Shown: in pieces, positions 13,454 to 24,021 of the stretch
Layout of the letters: each line of letters begins with the position of its first letter
Numbering within the stretch: position 1 is the first letter of the stretch
Origin: Trichosphaerium sp. ATCC 40318
Taxonomy: Eukaryota; Protista; Tubulinea
DNA: 64,000 nt
Direction of reading: 5' to 3'
NCBI GenBank assembly: GCA_038496445.1
Contig: JALMLS010000538.1
Coordinates: forward strand, 124,001-188,000
The notes under the pieces: generated by a model
Seen by the model: only the letters and a program-made list of their open reading frames with translations
The model's database searches: none
Told to the model about the DNA's origin: nothing
Translations under genes and position numbers: made by a program

Positions 13454-14061
13454 TCATAAACATCTAAATTGCAACACAAGGTGAATGGTAGAATTATTTC
13501 TTATTTTGTATGATGCAAGTGTTCTATCATCTTCAAGTGCTCGACCTCCAAATATGAGACGCTGCTCATTCGGAGGTATACCTTCCATGTCAAATATACG
13601 TTCTTTCAAGTCTAACACTTTTAAAGTCGGCTCAATAGTTACATATAAAGTGCACCCAGTAAGTGTTTGTATTTTCACTCGTGTACCTAACATATCGTGT
13701 TAGTTGGTGAAACGGTAAATTGGCAGTACCATAGGTGGAGAGATTGCTATACTTTTGCCACCTGTTGGTTTTTAGACTAGTTGCAGTAAATAAAAGAAAA
13801 AACAACCGATTTAGTACCTTGGAGTAACAGGTGCATCACGTGACTTCTGAGTACTCATATTCCCTACCAACCATCTCATGGATATCTTTCGTGTGTTTCT
13901 AGCATTCTTTAGTGTATTTGAGGAAGATTATAGTACGTACTGTAAACGCATTGTTGGTACTATTGTAAACAACCCTAAAACATATTCTGCAAGGGAACCT
14001 TTAAAACAAAGTGTCATTGGTTTCACGCACCTGAACTTAATTTGGTTTTATCACTTTGCAT
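13454..14061 (-). CDS. Ubiquitin-like domain protein (Ub/NEDD8 fold at C-terminus, no di-glycine; 5' exons uncertain)
   Basis: [74 protein letters not shown]. Upstream exons inferred from splice signals only. Confidence 0.75.
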
Positions 14062-15275
14062 TGTAACTCGTTAAGGACCTCAAGAAGTTTGGTTTGAGGT
14101 GATGTCGCGTTCACTATAACCGTATCGGAAAACTCAAAATTTTCGACCTTGGTTTTTTTCTGGAGGGTTGTTGGAGCCTATTTTTACCACCTTTTTTGGC
14201 CATTAGGAACGCGGACGAATATTCAATGATTGTGAAAAAGCGTTTAGTTTATTTCAGTGACTTTGCAAAGTATTTCAATTCACTGCAGTTTTTCTGTTTT
14301 GACGAAATTTTTGCGGTTCTGTACACCACCTTAAGAACTTTCTTGGTTTTTATTTTAAAGACATTTATTTTGAAAATACAGTTTGTACATAATGGCTAGC
14401 TATATGATTAAATCGGAGCTACGTTAACCTGAAGGTGTTTCGCTTCAAGGAAAAATCACGTGGTAGCCCAAACCATATACGCCTTTGATTTATTGATTAA
14501 ATCAGTTCTGGACATGGCTGGGTAACGGATTGTCGCGATATTATTTGTGTTCCACGATTAAAAAATGGACAAATATCTAAATAGTTTAACAGCCGAGATA
14601 GTCTTGTCAAAGCAGGTTAATACGTTCCAAACAGCTCTAGGTCATACAGTTTTGTACATTATACAATCACAACTACGAGGAAGAATCTTGGGTGAGGTCC
14701 AAAGTAGGTTTTGATATGAGTAATATTCAAGGTATACTGCACTCCTTTTCTTTTAAAATGAAACGAATACTGCATTCCAGTGAACGACTTGTCGCCGTTT
14801 GTGCAGAGTCTTTAAATTTAAAGTACTGGCACCAATACAATGAACGGCATAATGAATAGGTCGAAGGTCATTTAGCGAATTGCCAGCAACAACGAAGATT
14901 ACTCCCCTTTTTTTTGAATAGGGTACATGTATCTCTCTGGAGCAAATATTACCTCGTAGAATCTTTCTGGTAATTCTGAGTACATTATGGGCGTTACCTA
15001 TGTTCACGTCGTATACCAAAATAATCACAGTTATGTATTGTTCTAAGAACGGCGTTTATGAAGCAAGGAAGGCCTAGTCTACTTTCAAAAGCGATATGAT
15101 TATTATTATCTTATTTTAGATACTTATTAAGGTACAAATTTGACGCTACTGATACTGCTAAAGTATCTAAGGTAAGGCTCCTTGCTGACAAATTATGAGA
15201 ACGATGAAATTCACGGCAAGGTTGTCAGTATTTCAAACAAAAGTGCAATAATCTGTCTGAGGTAACCAGTTTTAT

Positions 15276-18200
15276 TCAATATTTCCATGCTCTTATTGTT
15301 TCTTCAATATCATCCATTTGTTTCTTTAATCCAACCTCCCATCTTCCTGCGCTTGCTTGTAATGCTTCTGATATTGCTTGGAAAGCTGCCATTATGCTAG
15401 CTTCTGAATCAATATCTTTCATGAATGAGTCACTAATCGATTGCCAAATTTGTGGCTTGATTCTTAACCCATGCTTGGATGCCACTGTCAACACTGGTAA
15501 AAGAAATTCTGCCAGCTGTTTATCTCGTGTTCTATCGTACGCCTAAAGGCAATAGAAAAGTCAGAGTTTGCGCTTACCAGCAAAAGAGAAAGACACAAAA
15601 CGTACATTAGCTAGATTTGTGAGGCAGTGTTTCAGTTGACCAAGTTCACGTGATATGCTGTCATTAGGTAATAGCTCAATGCTATGGAACGGTCAGGACT
15701 TCATATACAAGTTATAGAGTTATATCTTACTTATCGTTTGATAGCCATGCGCCTTGAGGTTTGTAGCAACTTGTTTGAAGCATTTGAAGGAATGTGTAAA
15801 GATTCAAAGACTTTTCCATTGTTGTTGATCCACTCAATGGAAGCAATCTTAATCCTCTTGATTCCCACGCTTTCGCTTCTTCTTCTGTTACAGAATCTGA
15901 GTCCCAAATAACAGCATAAGCAGGTCTTCTAGCACTCTACATACTCTCGATTAATTCAAATCAAAAAAACACAAAAAACCTGATGTTTACCTCTAACAAG
16001 GAAGATACTTCGTCCATTATCACCTGAAAATTTTTGTCTCGCAATGAATACCCAATGAATAAAAATGTTCTATTTAGCAAAAGACCTTTCAACAGGGCTG
16101 AAATTGCTGGTCTCTTTGCGAAGTAATCTTCGTAGTCCTGAGCACCTCTTAGAAATGTACTCTTCAAAAAAAAATCCAATACCTTAGCTCCGAAAACTGA
16201 TGTTTCTGGCGCATGCACGTGTCCATGTATCTTCAAAATGTTAGTCTGTGTTCCAACAGGCATTCTTGCGACATCTAAGCGAAAGAAAGATAAGTAAAAC
16301 TGTATGTGAAGCAACTTATTAATACCTTCTGCTGAATTTATAGAAAATACTACACGCTTTATGCCTCTGTGAGCGCGCTCCAACAGGTCATCGTAGTTTG
16401 TAGTCACAATAGCTCTTAAAGGTAGTGTTGCTATAAGATAGTGCACAAGCGATGGAAGAGGCGCAGAATCCTCAGAATACCTAAGAATGGGCTAAGTTAA
16501 AACCAACGCAACATTTTATCATCTCAAAGTACCCAAGTGCATTCTGGAGTTCAGCACCGAACTTATCACCAAGCTCATTTCGTAGCGCATCAGCATACTG
16601 CAGCATACCTTAACAGAGATTTAATTTATAAACGTGTTTGTTCACATGTTGTACCATCGACATTGTCGGCAAAGCTTTCTCTCATGATGTAAGAGTTCTT
16701 TCCCATCGTTTCAAGCAACTGAGTCCAGTTCGGAAGCCCTTTGAAGCTGTTAGTACAAGCAGTTTTTAAAGATAATTAGTACCTGAAGAAGTGCTTATTC
16801 CTGCTCCAGCAAAGAGTACAAGTCTCTCAGAACTCAAATCTTGCATTAAAGTATGAATATGTCCAAGTGCTTTGTTGTTACTAAACACTCTGAAAGATCC
16901 ACTCTTAAACTGCGGTGACACATGACCTAGAGAAGCAACGCTCAATCTATGGATTACACCAGAGTATGACGTCAACACAGGAAGGATATGAGGATATAAT
17001 CTAGCTCCTAGGAAGGTAACATTAAATCAAAAAAGGAGCAAAGATTCTTAAATACCTTGTATCATTTCTTGTATTTGTGTTCGAATAATATCCTGTCTAC
17101 TATGAGTCGTGCCTCTACCTATACCAAAGAATGGAAATACAACAGTATTCACCTTGTCAGTTGGTACTTAAAAAAAGAGAAAAAAGTCAGTAATACATCA
17201 CAAAAGTAACATTCGTACAGTTTGCTCTGAGCTCTCTGTAAACATTTTTTAGCAGCTCCAAAACTGTTTGCGCTGTCACATGCCCAGACCATTCTCCTTT
17301 AAAACTGTAAACAACTTAAGAAATACCAAGATTCTTACCTCCTGGTATACATAGAACAACATCTGGTACACTTTCTGGACTATCAGGGCAGTTTTTACGA
17401 ATTTCTTCTTTAGAAATAAACTTTGCTAAAAAAACGTCAATGTCAAATTGTTTTATTTCTTAAACATCACAGAAAATACTTACCAAAACCTTGAGGAAGT
17501 CCTCCACTTTTCACAATGTCATACGCTATTTCTCAGTGTTACTTAAAAGATCAAACGAAAAAAACTACGCACACTCTCCACATCGGCCAGCTCGTCCACC
17601 GCGACCACCACGACCACCTCGTCCACCGCGGCCAACACGACCACCGCGGCCAACACGACCTCCGCGACCTCTTGTACCACGAACAGGCCTTCCACCACGT
17701 CCACTATAGTTTCTTCCTGGTCTTGAAACATTGAACTTTGTACGTAGGTAGCTAGCCATAAAAAAGTTAGAAAGAGCAAGGAGAAAGCATTGAGAATATC
17801 TACATACTGTCGGAAATCTGTTCCAAGGACACCTTCCAAGCTATCAGCTAGAAATCCTGATCCTAAGAAGCAACCACACGAGTATAATAGTACATCTGTC
17901 TTAATACAAGCCATATTTGCTCGTAAAGCAATTGGCATTTGAGATGTTAAGTGCGATGGTATTTTTTCGTTAAGAGATGAATCACTTGGCATAACTGACG
18001 TTTTAGTACGTTCGTATGATAGCTGATTACTCTCTACGCTTTGTTGAGGTGCGAAGGATGATGATCTAGCGAGAGGTAAATCGTTTGAAAAGACTGTCTT
18101 CTGTGTACCCATAACTAGTGGTTATTCTTGTTCGCTTGCGTTGTGGAGGGGATTCTCGGATATTGTAGGATGGTTCTGAGCTCTTGGATACATTACCGCC

Positions 18201-18596
18201 ATTTGCTTGTTTTATAGCAGCTCTAGCGCGTCGTAACTTAGCTCTGCGTCTATTACGCTTTTGTCCTTTGGTCAATGTTTTCGCTTGTGCCTTTACATAA
18301 CGTCAAAACGTGCTACTTAGTCTATTCTCCACATACGTCAAGTGGTACAGTCTCAATACGTATTTTCATGTCGTTCTGCGCGAGAAATGTATCTTCAATA
18401 CGCACATCATTGTGATACGCTCTGATAGCCTTATATACGTTATTATATGCGTTTACATAACCTGGGTTTGTACTTTCTCACGTAAAACGTCTTGCGCACG
18501 CGTTAACAAGTGCTGTACGTGTACGTCACTGTATTTAAACCCTAAAGCGTGCCAATTATTTGTAGATGGGTTACTACTAACATAAACCGTTGCCAT
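15276..18596 (-). CDS. Macro-like domain (with inserted RGG box) + SIR2_2-type NADase domain protein (multi-exon)
   Basis: SIR2: LVLFAGAGISTSSGLPNWTQLL, IVTTNYDDLLERA, ILKIHGH, DYEDY, RTFLFIGYSLRDKNF. Macro-like: IALRANMACIKTDVLLYSC...GSGFLADSLEGVLG, DVVLCIPG, TVVFPFFGIGRG. Exons join in frame through GT..AG introns; 5'-most exons less certain. Confidence 0.85.
17580..17705 (-). repeat. GC-rich low-complexity tract encoding an RGG/RG box
   Basis: Minus-strand frame SGRGGRPVRGTRGRGGRVGRGGRVGRGGRGGRGGRGGRAGR; CCACCGCGGCCAACACGA occurs twice in tandem. Confidence 0.85.
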
Positions 18597-19366
18597 TTTG
18601 CTTTATTGGTTAATGGCTCACGCCTGATATAAAGTGGTTGGTGTGGTGAATAGTGATTCAGAAAAAATTAGACATAACGGAAAACTCTTCGAGAATTTAG
18701 TGACGTACAAACATGTCAAAGGCCATTTGGGGTAATCTAAACGAGTTGTTTTCCGCTTGACTACCTCAGCACTAGTTAATAGAGCATTGGGCATCTAGTG
18801 AAGGACACAAGTCTGAAGACGAATTTTCTTTGTTTCGTCAAAAAAAAGTCAGATGGTTAATAGAACACGTGGTCGACCTGCTCATCATAAACTTAAATTT
18901 CGGTTGTATTTTAATAGTGTCCGCCGTGTATATGGTACTTCTACACACGCAGAACAGTGCTGTGTACTTTTTAAGTTGCAAAAGTATCCGAAAGCATTAT
19001 AATTTTGTCGGCAATTCGGACACTATAAAGTGATAACGAACATGTACACGATGTCAAAAAGGTAAGAAGAGTGCCTTTTCACATAGGACTAGAACTCAGT
19101 TATCTTCTCTCTTGCTGGGACTTATTGCATAGTTAACTTATTGGCGTTCTGTTCGTAGTAGTTGCAAAAGCTGCTAAGTAAGAAACCAGGCTCACTTTTG
19201 CCATTTCTAAAAATATGTTGTCCTTGTTAATTGTTGAAAGACTACAACCACTTGATAATCCAATAATACGTAAATCGTTCAGAGAATTACAAAATAACAT
19301 AAAATGACTAACGGTTTTTGAGGTTAAAGTAGTTTAATTTTTATAGTTAGTACAAGTGTAACACAA

Positions 19367-21928
19367 ATGGGCAATAAACCGTCCATGGACGGTACGTTTA
19401 AGCCTGGTTTAATCCAAAGAGTGAAATTAGCTCAAAAACTCTCAAAACGCTATTGTAGCCTCTAATACGCGCTATAGAATCAAACGCACCTCCTATTCTT
19501 AATTTACCGGTAGAAATATTATCACAAGTGCTACAGGTACGCCTCAACGCAATTAGCAGCGAAAACAATAACTTTTAACTAATTACAATGAGTCTTACTG
19601 TAAAAATAGGATTGTGACGCATCTAGCCTTGGTAATATAGCTCAAACTTCATCTGCGTTCAAAAGATGCGTGGAAGATGAGCACCTATGGAAGATGAACT
19701 GTCAAAACCATTTTGGAATGATAAACGCACCAATGTCACAATTTCATAGGACATGGAAGGAAATATATCAAATGAAATACACAGGCAAGCGAACAAAACA
19801 ATTTCTAAAAAAACGTGTTGTTTTTTAACAAAAAATTGAGTTTAGGTGAATACGTACCTATGGTATTTTCAAGGAGACCACTAAAACAGCAGCTTGGTAT
19901 AGTAGCACTGACACTAGTATTTTTCCCTTTCATTATGATTTACCTGACGCCCAGGATTTGCAGGTTCGTTGTTGATAGCAAACTGAATTGTTAAGAAAAT
20001 TCATCTTTTTGGTTCTTTTTGTGGACAAGTCCGTCTTACTTTACTTAGGGCACTCGTTAGACATACTATTTTGGGTAGTAAATTGGTTCTTAGCTATATT
20101 TTGAGGCCTACAGGGAGATGTACGGTTCAAGAAGTTCGGCATTTTCTAAATATCCATTTAGTTTTCGCAAATCTCATGTACTGGGGTTTTGTCTATCCTA
20201 CAGAACAGACCTTCAAGTTTATAGCATATGCTTTCGACTACAGTTGCACCGCTCTAGTCAACAATGTGATTACACCGATTGGTGATGCCGCTGTGTGGAC
20301 ATTTGACATGGTTCTTTTCCCATCAGCTGTTTTCGTGTATGACTATATTATATACCCAGTGGTCTTTACAGCAACAGAGACACTAAAATTTGCCACATAC
20401 ACTGTACCAAATTGGACATATAACAATGTTATAAAACCGACAGCAAAGTTTACATATGACTATATCCTTAGACCTACAGCTATCGGCGCTTACAACACTG
20501 CTAAGTTTATTACGCACACAGCACCTATTTGGACTTATTACAATATTATCGATCCGACACAGAAGTTCACTTATAACTACATATTGAAGCCCTCAGCTAT
20601 CGCTGCTTATGAGACTCTTAAGCTTATTACGTATACAGCACCTTTATGGATACACAACAACTGTATCGCTCCAGTAGCAAACGCTTTAAGGATTGGTTGG
20701 ATAACTGCTTGGATTAATGTTATATCCCCTGTAGTTAATGGTATAAGAAAGTTGCTAGAGTTTACTATTATAACAGCACCATTATGGATTTGGAATAAGA
20801 TTATCAAAGAACCACTTCGCTTTATCTTTGTGACAGCACCTGTTTGGATTTTTGATAATATTATTATAAGATCTGTTGATATTATTGGTAATGTCTTAGA
20901 AGCCATTGCAAGAGGGTATGTTTAATAAGATATTATATTGTTGTGCGCTTAGTCTAATGTATTTTTAGATTCTTTCGTTATGTTGTGCACCCGTTATTCA
21001 TCTTTTTGGTTCATAGGTTGTTGGTACGTTCTGAGGGTTTTTTTCTTCTTTTTTTCTTCTTTTTATATATCAGCTTCTTCTTGGCTTATATTGTCTTTTT
21101 TTTGTTTAGAATATAATAAGTGCTGTTGTCTTTACAATACGTCTTGTTGTTGATGTTTTGGGATTCACTTGGAAGAATATTATTGTGCCAATACTTCGTA
21201 CAATGTACATCGGTTTACTTGCTATTATTTGGGTCTTTAAGCTATCTGTTTCTTTCCTTTATGATAATATCTTGACACCTATTGGGCACTCCATATTGTA
21301 CGATTATTATCTAAATACTTCTTTAAATTGTAATCCACGTGCTTGTTATTAACACTTTGGTTTTTTAGGCGAACCTACAGAGTTATCGTTGGTGTGTTCA
21401 AGTTTGCTATGAGGCAATTGTTTATATTCTTCAGAACACTGTATCGATTCACTATGGTAAATATACTAAGACCAACGGGTAGATCTTTAAGGCACGTACT
21501 GTTACCTTGGATTACCAATTTTAACTTTTGCTTTAGTGCTATTTATTCTGCTATAGCTTCGTTTATTGTTTCAGTTGCAACGCAGATTACATCAATTGTT
21601 AAAGCACTTGGTAGATTCTTATTGGTTAATATACTCTCTCCAGCTGCTTCTGTCATTTCATCTATTGCTACAGCAATATTAAACCTTGTGAAACAGTTTG
21701 TGGCGGACATACTAGTACCATCTGGTAAAGCAGTAATGGATGTCTTAAAGTACTTACAATACTATAGTTTTTTTACTAGCTCATTTACTTACTATTTGTT
21801 TTAGAGAAATATTTAACACTGTCAAGGATACAAGTACCGCTGTAGCTAATATAATAAAGGATTTGCTTATAGCTATATTCAACGTTCTTCGAGATACGTG
21901 GACAGCTATAAAAAACTCTCTAGGTTGA
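19367..21928 (+). CDS. N-myristoylated F-box protein with long hydrophobic/amphipathic repeat region (spliced)
   Basis: MGNKPS start; F-box ILNLPVEILSQVLQDCDASSLGNIAQTSSAFKRCVEDEHLWK; then several hundred residues of Pro-punctuated aromatic helices including ~3 copies of a 39-aa repeat. Confidence 0.8.
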
Positions 21929-22238
21929 TTGTAGTGTATAAATTAATAAATGTAAAGCATCCACCATTTTGTGTTTTAGTGTTTAATCAATGGTTGCGGT
22001 ACGTACCATCTACCACCATGCCCATGACCACCAAAAGGGCTAAACCCAAAAATACCTTATTTTTTTGACAGCCATGCCATTTGGCCTCTTTTGAAAAGGT
22101 TCAATGTCCACAAATTCTTGTTTAGAACTTAGAACTTGAACCAATTTCGGACGACTGTTAATAGGGTTATTCTGTTTTTTGCAGCTATTACTTAACTCTA
22201 CGTATAGTTACCTTAAGTGTGTCGTTTGACAAAAATAG

Positions 22239-23311
22239 ATGGGTTCAGCTGCAACAAGAGAACATCCAACAATAGCATCTACGCCATCTGACGTAAATGC
22301 GATAGATGGATCACCAATTAAAGTTCTTTCAAAAGAAATGTGTCGTTTCGTTTGTAAACATGTTTTACAGCTATCCAAACGCGATTTTATAAGCGTTAGA
22401 TCCACTTGCAAGCACTTTTGGTCGATTTGCAGGTAAATACTAGTTATCCGTTACAAAAACGCCGTTTTTCCTTTCAAACTAGTTCACTGTTACTATAACT
22501 GCGGTAGAATAACTGTCTTTTAAATAGCTTGATTCCTATGCCTATTTCGATGAAATGTTGCATCATTGGAGAAGATGGTAACGGAAAATCTACTTTACTG
22601 AAGAGACTTGAACTTTTCGAGAAATTCAAGTTTGATCAAGTATCAGTACCTTCTGTACGTTTTCGCACCCTGTCAATACGCCTATCTTAATATCCATATG
22701 TACGTGCAAGCATTAACCCTTCTTAGGTCGTCGAACCCTTCAGTAGAATGTACAAATTCAGACATCCAAATGTCGAAGCGGTAAGTCTGTTCGATTATCT
22801 TGGCTTTAATTGACTGGGTTCTTCACTAGACAATAACTTTGGTTGACAGTGCTGGTGCAAATGAATATACAAGACTTAGGCAAGAGCTTTATAGGGACGT
22901 TGACTTCTTTGTGTTTACGTTTGACTTGTGTAATTCAAAGTCGTTCGACATGATAACTAAAAAGGTACTTGTAATATGTTCTTTTTTTCTTGGAAACTTT
23001 GATACTCAAGAACGCTTTTTAGTGGATGAAGGAGATTAACGCTTTTGGAAAGAAGCATAAGAAGACTTACGGAAAATTGCTTGTAGGGCTTAAACGTGAT
23101 CTATGGGAGGACGATACAATCAGAAAGTATGTTGTTGAAGTTTTTGCTCGTATGTATTTACTTTTGAAGGCCTTCTCCGATGACTGAAGATGCTGTCTAT
23201 GAACTGAGATCTATGTGGAGATCAAATGTGATTCTTGTGTCAGCAAAAACAGGTAGAAACGCAACGAATATTATTGCCAGAGCAACTGAGATATACTACA
23301 ACTTGGCATGA
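22239..23311 (+). CDS. F-box-like domain + Rho-family small GTPase fusion (spliced)
   Basis: IKVLSKEMCRFVCKHVLQLSKRDFISVRSTCKHFWSIC (F-box-like), then MKCCIIGEDGNGKSTLL, LVDSAGANEYTRLRQELYRDVDFFVFTFDL, LLVGLKRDL, VSAKTG. Confidence 0.8.
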
Positions 23312-24021
23312 AAAAAAAAAAGAACAAACTTGTATATTGCAATGTAGATTAACAAAAGAATACACTGTACTTAGATATTACCGTCTTCCATTGATACGAG
23401 GCCTTCACCTGTTTAACAAAATCAAAGCATCTATATCACTATGTAGACAAAGTAGCAATAGTAATGAAAGTTGTGTTAAGTTTAGCATGGTGAGCAATGA
23501 GATACCAAAAACGTTTTATTTTAAGTTTACTAGTATTTTTTTGACAGTTTGATCAATGCTTCAGTATAATAATAGCCACCATAAGACAACGAAACAGCAG
23601 GTGACGTTTTAGGGTCTGCCAAATATGCTTCAGAAGACAAAGAAGACAACATTGCGTTTGCTGCATTAATGTATGTTACTGAAAGTGTGGCGTTGACGTA
23701 TCTAAGAAGTAAGTTACTAAGAAGTTTAACAGTAGTATTGAACGTATTGTACGAGAAATTACATTATCCCAAAGCACCTATTGCGGCAAATTCGAATTGG
23801 ATAGGGAATGATTCTTATCAATTGATACTCCTCCCCTTAAACATCTCTTAAACAACAAGGTCAATTTTTCTTTGGTAAGCAGTAACGATCATTGAATCAT
23901 TCTTGAACACTTTTGGTTGTACAGAGATTGGATTTATTTTTTTTTCTTGTTATTTACATTTTCAACTATGTTTTACATTACTTTTTTTTTCTTTGTTTTT
24001 TCTTTTCTTTTTACATAAAAA

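Noticed and set aside
14070-14334. TTAA-GG ... CC-TTAA bracket suggesting a Kolobok-type element
   Set aside because: Beyond the terminal dinucleotide the ends are not convincingly complementary.
14753-15028. ORF beginning IILVYDVN...VLRITRKIL resembles the N-terminus of Cas2
   Set aside because: No ATG in frame, similarity stops after ~23 residues (no Q.SVFEG-type motif), and there are no cas genes or array in this eukaryotic context; treated as coincidence.
17491-17760. Pro/Arg-rich, His-rich and Val/Ala-rich ORFs overlapping the RGG tract
   Set aside because: They are alternative or antisense frames of the GC-rich repeat; only the RGG frame splices in phase with the flanking exons.
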